From: Mytilus californianus
Lineage: Eukaryota
Length of the DNA stretch: 64,000 nucleotides
Reading direction: 5' to 3'
Assembly (NCBI RefSeq): GCF_021869535.1
Contig: NW_026262734.1
Coordinates: 33,356,001-33,420,000, forward strand
Of the stretch, positions 36,971-49,370 are shown in pieces; positions within the stretch are counted from its first letter, which is position 1, and every line of letters begins with the position of its first letter. A program made the position numbers and the translations under genes. The notes under the pieces were generated by a model, which was not told the DNA's origin, ran no database searches, and worked only from the letters and a program-made list of their open reading frames with translations.

Positions 36971-38198
36971 TCGTATACTGTTTCCGGTGTGTATTTTTAG
37001 AAAATGACTTTGGAAAATCCCTACTGTCGGAATCACATGTTTACCAATCAGGGTAACCAAAGGCTGATGCAATTTAGAGGCCCATTAGGGGTATAGGTTT
37101 CATAAGAAAGGTCCGTTACATGACAACATACAAATGTATGACAAAAAAAATTGCAGATTGAAAAAATTATGTCATGGACTTTTTTCCGATATCTTTTTTT
37201 GCCCCTCAAGGACTTTTTTGGGACATTTTATGAGTTCTGACAGCTATATGAGCCTCTAGTGGAAGGTAATAATATTTTGAAAACGGTAGTATTCCTTATA
37301 CTGTGTTAAGTTCAAGTTCTATTTTCTGTCAAACAAACGTTCATTATCGGCAGAATAACCAAAGTTAAATTTAGATTTGTAAAAATGATTAAAATGAGGA
37401 TTTGGATTGACTGGAGTCCATGCGGGGAGTCGGTTTCACAAAGATTGATCGTAAGTCATGAACAATTCAGTACACTTGCGATCAATCTTAGTCGTAAGTC
37501 TTTTTGTGAAACCGACCCCTGATGTTTATTTTCATATTTGCTATATGGAGCTAATAGAGTTTCCCAGTTACTATACATAGATATAAGAAGATGTGGTATG
37601 AGTGCCAATGAGACAACTCTCCATCCAAGTAAAAATTTATAAAAGTGAACCATAACATGCTTATTTCAATTTCATTTTTGCAAAATGTATATACATTTGT
37701 AATCTAAAATGTCTATCCTTCACAACTGAGTTTTTGTATCTCTAAATTGTTATTTATAATCTATTTAAGTCTTTGTCCATTATTTAAATATAAATAAGAT
37801 TCAAATTTAAATTAAGATTTAAACAATCTATATGTATGCATTTCGTTTTTCAAGTATTACCATATCTCACATCAGAAAATTAATATATCTCATAAATCAA
37901 AATTTGGTTATATTTCAAAAACTTTTTTACAATTTTGATATTTTTGTTATTTATAAGAATATTTATCTAGGCGAAGGACTCGAAAGTTTTTAGTGAATAG
38001 ATATTTCCTCCCGGTCATGGTGATTTGCTCTGCTCAAGCAATTATTCATGAGATTACTATAATTGATGTAAGCAGTATTACATCATTAGAGTCCAGTATA
38101 TTTTTCCAGTATTTAACCCTATTACAGTGGACCCCATTTATTGTTTTGATGCAAAAACCTATAAACGTGAATCCCATTTTATTGTTTGAATGCAAAAA

Positions 38199-38298
38199 CC
38201 ACAGGCACTTTTCTCGGAATTTTTTTTCCCTATATACCTTAATATAACACGTGTTATATTAAGGTATATAGCATATTTTCTGAGAAAAGTGCCTGTGG
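38199..38298. repeat. 100-bp foldback with a perfect 42-bp central palindrome (38230-38271)
   Basis: CTATATACCTTAATATAACAC|GTGTTATATTAAGGTATATAG; outer arms CCACAGGCACTTTTCTCGGAA / TTCTGAGAAAAGTGCCTGTGG. Confidence 0.9.
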
Positions 38299-39803
38299 CA
38301 AAAACCTTGAAAAAGACAATTTACATATGAACATGTGTAAACATTTGTTATGTGTTTATAAAAAAGCTACAAAAATTGGCCATTATCAAATTTAGTAAAA
38401 TCCGCAATTTATAAATAAGGTCAAAAACATTTAAACGTGCATGCAAAAGTTTATCTAAATTTGTTTTATTTGCATAAGTTTGCAAAATAACTATCTCCTA
38501 CGTCAGTTAACTTTTTGAATCAAAAGCCCCCCAGACTTCACTATCGTATGTTATTTATTGCATGGTTTCACTGTGTGCATGATCAAATACATGTAGTCAA
38601 GTTTTAATTTTGGTTTTATACATTTTGCAAAGGCCTGTCGGGTCATGAAAAAAATCTCGAGCGAGTAAATTAATTTCCAGGTCTCGTCCGCGGGTCAGTT
38701 TGTATGCAAGGTATGATTAAGGTAGTAGTGTCCGGGGGGTGGGGCGATATATTCTATTTAACAAGTCACATATGAAACTTTACTGGACCTAAGGGTAAAC
38801 TGAGGTATCAAAATATGATAACCCCGCGGATTTCTGACGGTCCAACAGTCCGACCTTGAGTAACCTTTGCTATAGTGGAGGGTCCGTTTGGCTGTACGAA
38901 ATGTATAGATATACGCAGCATCGTCCGGTTTGAATTTGGACGATAAATATTAAGGACCAAATCCTGAAATAGTTTTGGACCTACTAAGATAGAGCAATTT
39001 TGACTGATCATGTGTGGGGGTCCTGAAATATTTTGAAAAAAGTAAAGTCCGATATTCTATGAACAAAGTGTAGTAGTCAGTCGAGGACCAGCTTACCCGG
39101 CCCTCTCCCCCCTTTTGTGGGAAAAATTTGGTTGATTATGTGAAAATCACTGAAGCATGACTGGAGCCGGCCCCCTCTTAGGCAGTCAGTGCCCCCCCCC
39201 CCCCCTTTATGAAAATTTCTGGATCCGCCACTGCCATTTACAAGTTTGAGTATAAAAAACAGGCCTTAGATATTTTCAAAATGGTTTAAACCTTAAAGAT
39301 TTTTCTTCAACCGTTGTAGGACTTGTAGCTTAAACCAGAGACATATAATATTGTATTATATGTCTCTGCTTAAACATATTTCAGATTGTTTTAACCATTC
39401 ACAAGTTTGAGTATAAAAAACAGGCCTACAGTTTCCACTCCGGAAATTTAATCCCGCGTCCGATAATCAGTTTCAATTTTAGTAAATTTTTTAAGGAAAA
39501 TAAACAAAAGAATTTTATTTATATTTTTTTCAAGTTATGTTAAATTCGTAAGACTTTTGGAAGAAAGTTTAAAAAAGAAATGTACTTTGTTTTAAATCTC
39601 GACAAAGCGGGAAGCAACTACAAAAGCAGCAAATTGTAAACAAAGTGGGTGTCATTGACCCTGCGATCAAACAAAAGTCAGCGTGCAGAATCAATCAGGG
39701 CGAGGATTTAATAGTAGGACATTGTTTATCAATTGCAATGTTCTCAAGAAGTGGTCAGATGTAGGAAGACTATTCTAAAGACTTGAAGTAATACAGTATC
39801 AAG

Positions 39804-39809
39804 ATGAAG
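39804..39809 (+). CDS. HVCN1: Candidate first coding micro-segment (Met-Lys) of HVCN1
   Basis: ATGAAG^gtaaat joins in phase 0 to ^ATTCAAATG at 41669, giving MKIQMDGF. No transcript evidence. Confidence 0.4.
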
Positions 39810-40098
39810 GTAAATGCGACTTTATCTAAAAAGTCTTTACGACTTTAGTTCGCAAGACAAAGAATGACACTTAAATTAGGGGGCGGATCATAAAAAAATT
39901 TCAGTGTTACAAGAGTGTAGACATTAACACAAGGAGATGAAACTTGTAAGTTTAAAATCGTATAATTATTTGACAACTTTTAATAACTGTGACAGAAACT
40001 CCCTTTCTCTCACTTATTCAAGAAGATAAAATTTAGGATTTCAGAATGTTCTTCACATAAAGCACAGTACAATTGTCATTGTTGTGTATTGTTCAATG

Positions 40099-41185
40099 GG
40101 TATTGGGTCTGTTTGCCCAAATTAAATGTTCGCCCTGGGTTCGTTTGCCCTAATTACATGTTCACCCTGGGTTTGTTCGCCCATAGAGTGTTCACTCTTA
40201 TATTAAAAATATATTCATTCATCATTCCAAGGATTTGTATAGTAAGATACAATGCTATACAAATCCTTGATCATTCATAGTAATGGTATTTACAATGTAG
40301 GTTTTTATATACCTATGCAAATATTTATTTGATAAATATTAAAGAAAAATACATTTACAAAAAATGTACATGTGTATCTCAAAATCAGAGACTCAAATTA
40401 CATGCTATATGTCTGTCAAAATTCGTGAAAAAAACTTGGAAAAATGAAATTAATTGTTTTTTTTCAAGCAATGATTGGTTTCATTGTTACATTTGTTTGT
40501 ATTTAGAATATTTTTAATGACTGTTAATTTTTCTGCTAATGAGGTATAATTATGATGTCTTTGATCTCACTTATTGTTGTATTGTCTTTTGTGGTTTAAT
40601 AATGAAAATAACATTTTTAGAAGTAAAGTAGTCAGCTTGGAATGATTATGAGTAAAAACAAAAGTGTGAATTCTAAGGGAATTTATTTTTGCAACTTGGC
40701 TCTATTGATCTCAAGTGTACGTGTGTTTTCGTGCAGTGACAAATTTGTTAAGTGGATTATCAGCTGATTATGGAATCAATTCATTCATCCATAAACACTT
40801 GACACACAGATAACTTGATAAAACATTTAAATAGAAAAGAAAGAAGTAAAAGAGAAGAGAAAAAAAAACAATAAAAAAAACCCAAACTTGGTTTTCAGTT
40901 GTTTTATATTAAATACCTTGTACTCCTGTGCACTTTAACAGTGTGAATCAAAAGAAAACAATTATGTGATTGCAGCAATACAACATGAATATTCGACGAA
41001 ATTTTCAACACACACTTCAACAAATTTTCAAATAATCATTATGTATCATACCATTATTCAACAAGACAACAAAATAGAAGTAAGAATCAGGGCGAACGGA
41101 CTCAGTGCGAACAGGTATTAGGGTGATGACCCAGGGCAAACAGGTACTAGGGCAAACATGAATCAGGGCCAATAGACCCAGATTT
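40099..41185. mobile_element. MULE-like non-autonomous element with sub-repeated TIRs and 9-10 bp target duplication
   Basis: TTGTTCAATG at 40089-40098 and 41185-41194. Inverted arrays of (T)GTTCGCCC / GGGCGAAC lie at both ends. Confidence 0.5.
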
Positions 41186-41668
41186 TGTTCAATGTGTACT
41201 GTTAGCTCTATAGCATAGTAAGTATACTGTATGAAATTACTTGTAGCATTACAGGAGTTCAATGTCCTGTTCAAAACAGTGAACAACAATTAAAAAGACA
41301 ACTTTTGAAATCATGCACTTTTCTGTAAATGTCACAATGCTTATATTATAACGTCACAGTAGGAAGCAATTGTTCGATGATGTTGTTTTACGCCTATTGA
41401 TTTGAGTCAAGCAGTGTAACCCATTCATAAAAAAAAACCTCAAGATTGGTGCATATAATTACAGGTTGAACTTATTGACAAAAATGCCTTCTTCTAAATT
41501 TGTGTTTATATGATATGTTTGATTGATTGTGCATTGTGTAGTTTGCTTAATGTCCAGTGACAAATATTGCATGCATATAATTTAAGGACTAAAGCAAATT
41601 ATCAATGAATCCAACATGTAGGTTCTTCAAATTAAAGATTTGAATAATTGTTTTTATTTACATTACAG

Positions 41669-42173
41669 ATTCAAATGGATGGATTTCACAAAATTTATGA
41701 TGACCTTGAGAAGGTTATTGACAAAGAAGATACAAATAGTTCCATTACGTCAGACTCTGATGATGCAAAAACTGACCTGAAAACATTCCGTGAGAAAGTT
41801 GAATATGTGCTGAACACAAGTAAATTCCAAATTGTGATCGTGTGTTTAGTTATTTTAGACTGTCTCTTTGTGATAGCAGAACTGTTGATTGACATGGAAA
41901 TAATCACTCTACCAAACCATGATACAAACGTTGCACCCATGGTTTTCCACTACTGCAGTTTAGCTGTCTTGTCCTTATTCATAATAGAAATTATAATACG
42001 CATTTACGCATTAAGACTCAAGTTTTTCAAACACAAACTGGAAATGTTTGATGCTATTATTGTGATTGTCTCATTTGTCCTTGACATTGTGTTCAGAAAA
42101 AACGAGGGTCCCGAAAGTGGACTAGGATTGCTGGTTGTACTCAGGTTATGGAGAGTCACAAGGATACTGAATG
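41669..42173 (+). CDS. HVCN1: Voltage-gated hydrogen channel 1, main exon (S0-S4); first internal ATG at 41675
   Basis: S1 LVILDCLFVIAELLID with the selectivity Asp, S2 MVFHYCS, FDAIIVIVSFVLD, and S4 RLWRVTRILN; G^gtaatt. Confidence 0.93.
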
Positions 42174-43535
42174 GTAATTTACTTGAATTTTCTTTTGCAT
42201 GTGTAACTAACTTTATGTGAATACAATGGAATAGTTAAGATACATGTATGACCTAACCACAATAATAAAGAGGAAACAACATTAAAATTTCCACACAACA
42301 ATGCACACTTAAAGCACTGAATGAAATGACCTTTTACTGCAACCAATCAACATGATCAAATCAACAAGATCATAATGTTAAAAATGACAGATTAACACAA
42401 GGATTTATATAGTACTATACCATGAGTAATCCTTGAGTAACCATATAGAAATAGGTCCTCGAAAAAGGCAAACAAATACTGCTCAACTCTCACATCTTCG
42501 GATTACCCTCAGTAAACAGTTCTGTAGAAAGTCTGAAAGTTGGTAGAGGAATTCAGAAGCTAAGCACGGTTAAGATATAGAAAAACAGAACAAAATCAAT
42601 TGCTCATCTTTTTTTAACATTGTAGAAACATCTTTTTTTTTCGTGGATGTGAAATCTTGTGGTTTTCAGTGTTTTCCATTCGGCATTTAAGCCGGGTGTG
42701 CCGACCACCTTTCCATTTTAGGAGGTGGTCGGCTTTTTTTTCAAATTCCAGATTTTTTTGGTTCCGCACCGTAGAAATTTGAATACTAATCGTGCCTCGC
42801 TGATTTGTTTTCATTGACAAAAATGGCGGATCGTCAAATTTCAATGTTTTTTACAATTGTAAATGCCCCCTGTGGGACCCTGATTATTTTATTAATTTGT
42901 TTCTAACTGTCTTAAATTTTTGTATTTCATTAGCCCACTTTCTGTAACAGTGATTTTGCTGATACATTTATCATCTAGTTTTATATACATATGTACATTT
43001 ATATCTCTACTTTAACAAGAAGTGAAATAATAAAATACGCATTTAATTTCCAATATTATTATTTGTATGCAGCATTTATTGAAATCACTATATTTTATGT
43101 CACATTTTTGTCCATTCTTCATGAATTGCAATGATAAACATGATAAATGCACCCAAAAATTTCTGAATTTACAGTATGCATGTTTTATTTTTTACCTGAT
43201 ATTAAGCAGCCAGCTATAAGTCAATATAACAGAATATGTCACCAAAGAAAAAGACACATTATTCATGTCAGGACCTTTTAAAGCTGACTTTACGTTACAG
43301 GTTTTTCTCACTGTTGAAGGTCGTACTTTGACCTATAATTGCTGTTATTTTTGTCATTTGAATTCTTGTAGATGATTGTCTCATTGGCAATCATACCACA
43401 TCTCCTTACTTTTATACTGTATTTGAAATAAAAATTACACAGAAGGAATAGTAAGAGACAATTGTACATGCATAAACAATGATGGCTCATGCCGTTTATG
43501 AACAGTTTGATTTATATGATATTCTATCTTTGTAG

Positions 43536-43840
43536 GCATTGTACTTACAGTAAAGAAACAAGCAGAAAAGAAATTACAGAGAGAAAAACGATTACGGCAG
43601 GCATGTGAACAGGAACTGACGAAATATCGTGAATATTGCACGGCACAAGAACAGGAAATAGAACTGTTGCGAGGTTTACTTAGGAAACATGGGATAGAAG
43701 ATATAACAAGAATAGACAGACAGCCGATTGTTGTACGCACCATTGATGTAGTTGCTGAAGTCAACCACCTTGCATCTGAAAAGACTTCCAGTACAGATTC
43801 TGGTAGTGAAAGAAATTCTAGTCCACCAGCAAGCAGCTGA
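43536..43840 (+). CDS. HVCN1: HVCN1 terminal exon (coiled coil), TGA at 43838-43840
   Basis: tgtag^GCATT completes NGIVLTVKKQAEKKL...EQEIELLRGLLRKHG. Phase 1 matches. Confidence 0.92.
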
Positions 43841-46800
43841 ATTGTTATTACAAATGTACATGTATTTTTATTTTCTTGAAATGTTAAAAATAGTGCTTTT
43901 GTAAACAGATACACAATAACACATATGTCATGTTTGTACAAAGTATGACATCTTGCCATAATTGCATAGCAGTAGAAGTATAATTTTTATAAACATTTAA
44001 AATGTATTTAAAATGATAATGTATATAAAGGTCTACAATGTGTCATTGTCATATACAGTTAAATCTGGTTTATTCATCAAACCATATTTGAACTAGAAGC
44101 CTATTTCACTTCATTATCAAGACAGTGTCATACAATATACATGCATATTATTCTGTATCAGTAATATATTGCTTTATGACTAAATCCCAACATTCTTTTT
44201 CAAGATGCAATTGTATAAAGTACTTAAGTAAATGTACACTTATTTAAATATATATGTATTTTTTAATGTTGAAGTAAAATATACACAAGAAAGGGTTACT
44301 TGTTCTACATAAAGACTTGCCTAGATCTATAATTTTTACCTTAGTGAAGGTGAGAAAGTGAGACTTCAGCGTGCTGTTTGGGGTAGCTGTGACGTCCACA
44401 ATGTTTTTGTTTATTGTTAAAATGTATCATGAGGTCATTTTCATGAACATCTTTGGGTAAGTTGGGAGTTGGGAGGTAAATTTTATCTGTATCCTTCCCA
44501 ATATTCGACCCTGCGATAATACAGTATTTAAAAATAAAATTGATTTGAATCTCATACAGTTCTATTAAAACTGATTATTCTTGATATTTTAAATTTAGAA
44601 ATTAATATGTATGACAGTGCCATATGTTGTTTTTACATGTTTGTTAGGCATACCTAAGCTTGTAGCCACTTACAATCATGGACATGTTTGTAATATTTTT
44701 ATTTTGAAGGTTGTATATATCTGATGAAGGTTGAAATGACAGAAGTGAAGTCAAAACCAAATTTGAGAAGACATTTTACTTAGAGGTAGTACTACTACAC
44801 TGATAATTTTAGGTTAATCTGCTCTGATAAGAAGTTTTTAAAGGGGGAATTATGAAAATAATTTGTAAAATAAGACTGAATCTCATGTTGAATGAAAAAA
44901 ATGTTTGTTTAACATATTTCAACTTTCACAACTAGTTAAGAAAAGAAGAAAGGAAAAGGAAGCTTTATTAACCTTTTTGTCATTCTAGATAAAACCCTTG
45001 CCATAAACACGGTATTATACACTTGAATATACAGTTTGATTTATTAAGTAGTAGACTTTGATATACACACATTTATTTCTGGTTGAATTTTTTTTTTTTT
45101 TTGCATCTGATTTACATTATATAATTACTCTCCGTTTAAAAATACCGTTGAAAATTCATTAATTGAATTTACTTTATAAAATAATAACAAACTTAAAGTT
45201 CATTTGTAATGCAGTTTAAAAATTGTTTGGTTTTTGATTATATTAATAGATTAACTTTAGTGTCATATTTAAAGGAAATAATTATCAATGCAAGTTTGTT
45301 CTAGTCAATTCTGACATGAAATAAAAAATGTTATTTATGTTTTATTAACTTTAATCTTTTTTGTATGTGTCAAAATTCAGTGGCATAATTTAGATTTTAC
45401 ATGCTAAAAAGCTGTTCAAGATTTTTTACTAGTATTTTGAATAAGCTTTATATATTATTTTGATATTTTTAAACCTTATTTGTATCATTCTAAGCATGAG
45501 CCACATTTAATCAAGATTTTCATTATGCAAAATTATATGCTAAAATCAACCTTATACATGTATATGTCTCCTTGCCATAAAATGGTCTTGATAGAAAAGG
45601 GAGATGAGAATTCAATTCTAATCAGATTGATTTGTAGAAATTCACACTGGAATATTCTAAAAAGGCTCTTTTCCTATACTTGTCACATATTTGTTGTAAG
45701 AGAGACAGTTGTTAAAAAAAGTATGAATTACTTGTCAATGTTAACCTGAGTCTCTAGATATTTTTAAGATATTTTTTGTTTCCCTTCCTTAAAAAACTTT
45801 TCATGAATGATTAATACAGAGAATTTCATGTAGGTGGCTCATGTTTAAAAAATGCTTTATATATCATTAGTGCTTACATGTAATGATCTGCATAGTGTTG
45901 CTTTATAAACCAGATCTGTATTTATTGATACTGTTTACATATGAAATATTATTTTATTGATCACATTGTGATATGTTGATGAAATGTATCGCTTACTGGT
46001 TATGCATTTGGGTTTGCAAAAATTCAAAACTGTTATTGCATATAGGGTAATTTGTCCAATGAAGTTTAGTCAATCAAAAAAGCATTTTTTAAAATACTCT
46101 TTTATTCTGAAAGCACCATTTACCTTTGATAATTTATATCTTGCTGATTAAAATAATACCTTATGAAAATTTCCTTTACACTTTTGTTGATTGGTTTTTG
46201 TTAAATACTTATTTTTCTCATAGTTTAGTTAAAAATATAACTATATAAGTCTGATGTGTTGATATTTGTAATATTTTGGTCTTTAAGAAAACTAACATAA
46301 ATATTGATACCAACAAAAGGAGATATGTATCATGTTTTTGAAGTCAGTCATCAGACTTTAATATTTGAAAGTAGGATATGCCTGGTGATAATACGTCATG
46401 GTACTACTTAAATATATAATCCATATCTAATACATTATATATTCTTACTTGAATTGTAAAAATTAATGAATTGTATGTACAAAATAAAGTATAAATTGTT
46501 TTGCTAGTTTATTTATACATTTTATTTACAATGATTTGTGAAGGTTACCAGAGTGCCACCCAGGAAAGCTGTCAGGATCAATTTTATTATCTGTCTATAA
46601 TTAATTGCGGAAGTTTATTTAATGTAAAGCTGGTCAGATAGAATGGGAATTTAATTAACAGAATTTGAATGGTTTCTTTTTAATTCAGTATGCATCGCAA
46701 AACTAAAATAAACCATTAGTAGTCATTTGATTTTGTGGTGTTCCAACCTCATCTTAATCACAGGTTCTCTACAGTGTTATAGTATTGTTGATTGTTGATG

Positions 46801-47044
46801 AAGAAACTATCTTGGAAAAAATTATATCTTTAACTATATGTGCATTTTTATAAATTTGTCTGGTGTAATTACAGGCCATATAGTGAAATTTTAGAATTTT
46901 AAAAATACTCGGTAATCATTTATTTCTAAGTTTCAACTACCATGTTAAAAAAAGAAAAATTTGACTACCTTGAGTTGATAAATATTATAATCAACAGTGT
47001 AGTGTGGTAAAATTTATAATTCTCCCTTTGTAGAAGGGGATAAA

Positions 47045-47197
47045 CAGATGCAGATCCAGGATTTTGAAAACCGGGGGCCCATGGGGCCCTGAAACTAGGC
47101 AAAGTTTGAGTGGAACAAGTAAAAAGTCTGCATTAACCAAAATGTAGCACCATAAAAGGGAGCCCAGGCCCCTGCCTCCCCCCTAAATCTGCCTCTG
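47045..47197. mobile_element. Degenerate MITE of the CAGxGGCGGATCCAG type (related right end at ~39210-39232)
   Basis: CAGATGCAGATCCAGG ... CCTAAATCTGCCTCTG imperfect TIRs with G/C runs inside. Confidence 0.45.
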
Positions 47198-47471
47198 ATA
47201 AATAATGATCATAACTATATGAACAGGAGAAACGACACAGCAATCACTATATATCAGAAATGATCATATGTTTGTGTGCTTGTCACAAGACATTAGTTAT
47301 TGCTTTATTTTTGTAGTTGTCATTTTGGAATTTAATGTTGATAGCAAACAGTTGATTGTCATTTAATCACAGCATTTGGATTGATGTCTCATTGATGCTA
47401 AAAACTATAACACGCAGACAGAGATCGAATTTGGGCAGTGAGTCAGTTACCGTTCTAGAGTTATGCCGCTG

Positions 47472-48608
47472 TTTGTCCCCCACGCAACACGTGACATAAT
47501 AATATCGGACGTCCGTCCATCCAGTCTTGTTAGCACTTTCACGTGTACAGTTCTCGCCAGATTTTTATGAAACTAATATATCATAGGTTTATATCAGCAA
47601 TTTCTTATCGGAGTTCGAAAATCAGTCCCAATCAATTATTTTTTAAAGAGTTATGCTCCTTGAAAATTGCATCGTTAGTGCTCTCATTTGTTCAATTCTT
47701 GCCAGATTTTTATGAAACTTATATCATAGGTTTATATCAGCAATGTCTTGGACGAGTTAGAAAATTAGTCTTGATCAATTATTTTTCAAAGAGTTATGCC
47801 CCTTGGAAACATTAATTATATGGAAAAATTGCATTGTTAGCACTCTCATGTGTTTAATTCTTGCTAGATTTTTATGAAACTTATATCATAGGTTTATATC
47901 AGCAATGTCTAGGATGATTTCGAAAATCAGTGCTGATCAATTATTTGTAAAAGAGGTATGTCCCTTGGAAGTATTAATTATATGGAAAATTGCATTGTTG
48001 GCGCTCTCATGTGTACAATTCTTGCCAGATTTTTCAGAAAGTTAAATCAAAGGTTTATTTCAGCAATGTCTTTGACGAGTTCGAAAATAAGTGCCGATCA
48101 AAATTTTTTAGCTCCTTGGAAATATTAATTATAGGGAAAATTGCCTTATGAGCGCTCTAATATGTACAATTCTTGCCAGATTTTTATGAAATTTATATTA
48201 TAGGTTTAAATCTTCAATGTCTTTGAGGAGTTTGAAAATCATTGCCGATCAACTCTTTTTAAAAGAGTTATGCCCTTGGAAATATTGATTATATGGAAAA
48301 TTGCATTGTTAGCGCTCTCATAAGTTCAATTCTTGCCAGAATTTTATTAAACTTATATCATAGGCTTATTATATCAGCAATGTCTTTGACACTTTGGAAA
48401 ATGAGTTCTGATCAAATGTTTTTAAAGAGTTATGCTCCTTGGAAATATTAATTATAATGGAAATCACATTGCATTTGCTCTGAAGCCTTCATTTCTCTAA
48501 GATATTAATAAAAAGTCTTATAGAACAAACAAAAAAAGTGCTTTTTTAACTTATTGACCTTGGATAGATATAATATGTGCAATGCGGGGGACATTGGAAC
48601 TCTGTTCT
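47472..48608. mobile_element. Helentron-like element family E with about six ~145-163 bp tandem units
   Basis: TGTCCCCCACGCA / TGCGGGGGACA sub-terminal inversion, a GTCC tract, and CAGCAAT anchors at 47595, 47738, 47900, 48061, 48212 and 48375. Confidence 0.65.
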
Positions 48609-49370
48609 TTTATTAACATGGAAAATAGCAAAGCTTGAGTCCTCAGACACATTCTTCTTTTATTATTCAAGTGTCACTGATGAGTCTTTTGTAGATTTTA
48701 TGCTTGTCTGGCGTACACAAATATAAGCCTGGTATCTTTGATGATTTTATTCTATATCCTCCGGTTTTTTTGTGGGTCATTTTGAAATTTAATGTTGATA
48801 GTCTTTTAATAACAGCATATGGGTTGATGTCTCATTGATGTATGCTCCATGGCTCATTTTATATATTCATGAATAAGATCCTAGCCAACCATTGTGTTTA
48901 TACATCAGATGTTTTCCTGTATAACTCCAATAATAATAGTAGTATGCAGGTTCTTAGGATTCATTGATTATTATTTGCATTACGTCCAGTGGTTAATATT
49001 GCATGCATGTTCATCACGATGGTTCTTGGGACCTTTTATTTTGTGCTGATATAAAATTCTACATGGCTACCTTATAATGAACAACTAACTGAACAAGATA
49101 TTTGAAAAAAAGAAAGATTTTAAGAAGTTATGTGTCAGAAATGAATATGAACATAAATTACTGATATTTTTCTTTCACTCAACCATTTAGATTTGAAAAT
49201 TACTTATTCCAACTGTTGTCATCACTCCTTAAGGTAATTGAATGGTCTTAATCAAAATCGATAGAATTTTGTAAAACTTTCAAAAATGTAGTTTATAACT
49301 TGATATTTCAAAAATATAATAAAAAGTAAGGGTCACAAAACATTTTTCAAGTTACAGAATGTGCATCATT

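Noticed and set aside
38745-39060. Apparent direct repeat GATATTCTAT flanking a GC-richer block
   Set aside because: The two copies differ (CGATATATTCTAT vs CGATATTCTAT) and no TIRs lie inside, so no TSD is supported.
43435-43959. 174-aa minus-strand ORF (and 41695-41940)
   Set aside because: Antisense shadows of HVCN1 exons; no recognisable motifs.
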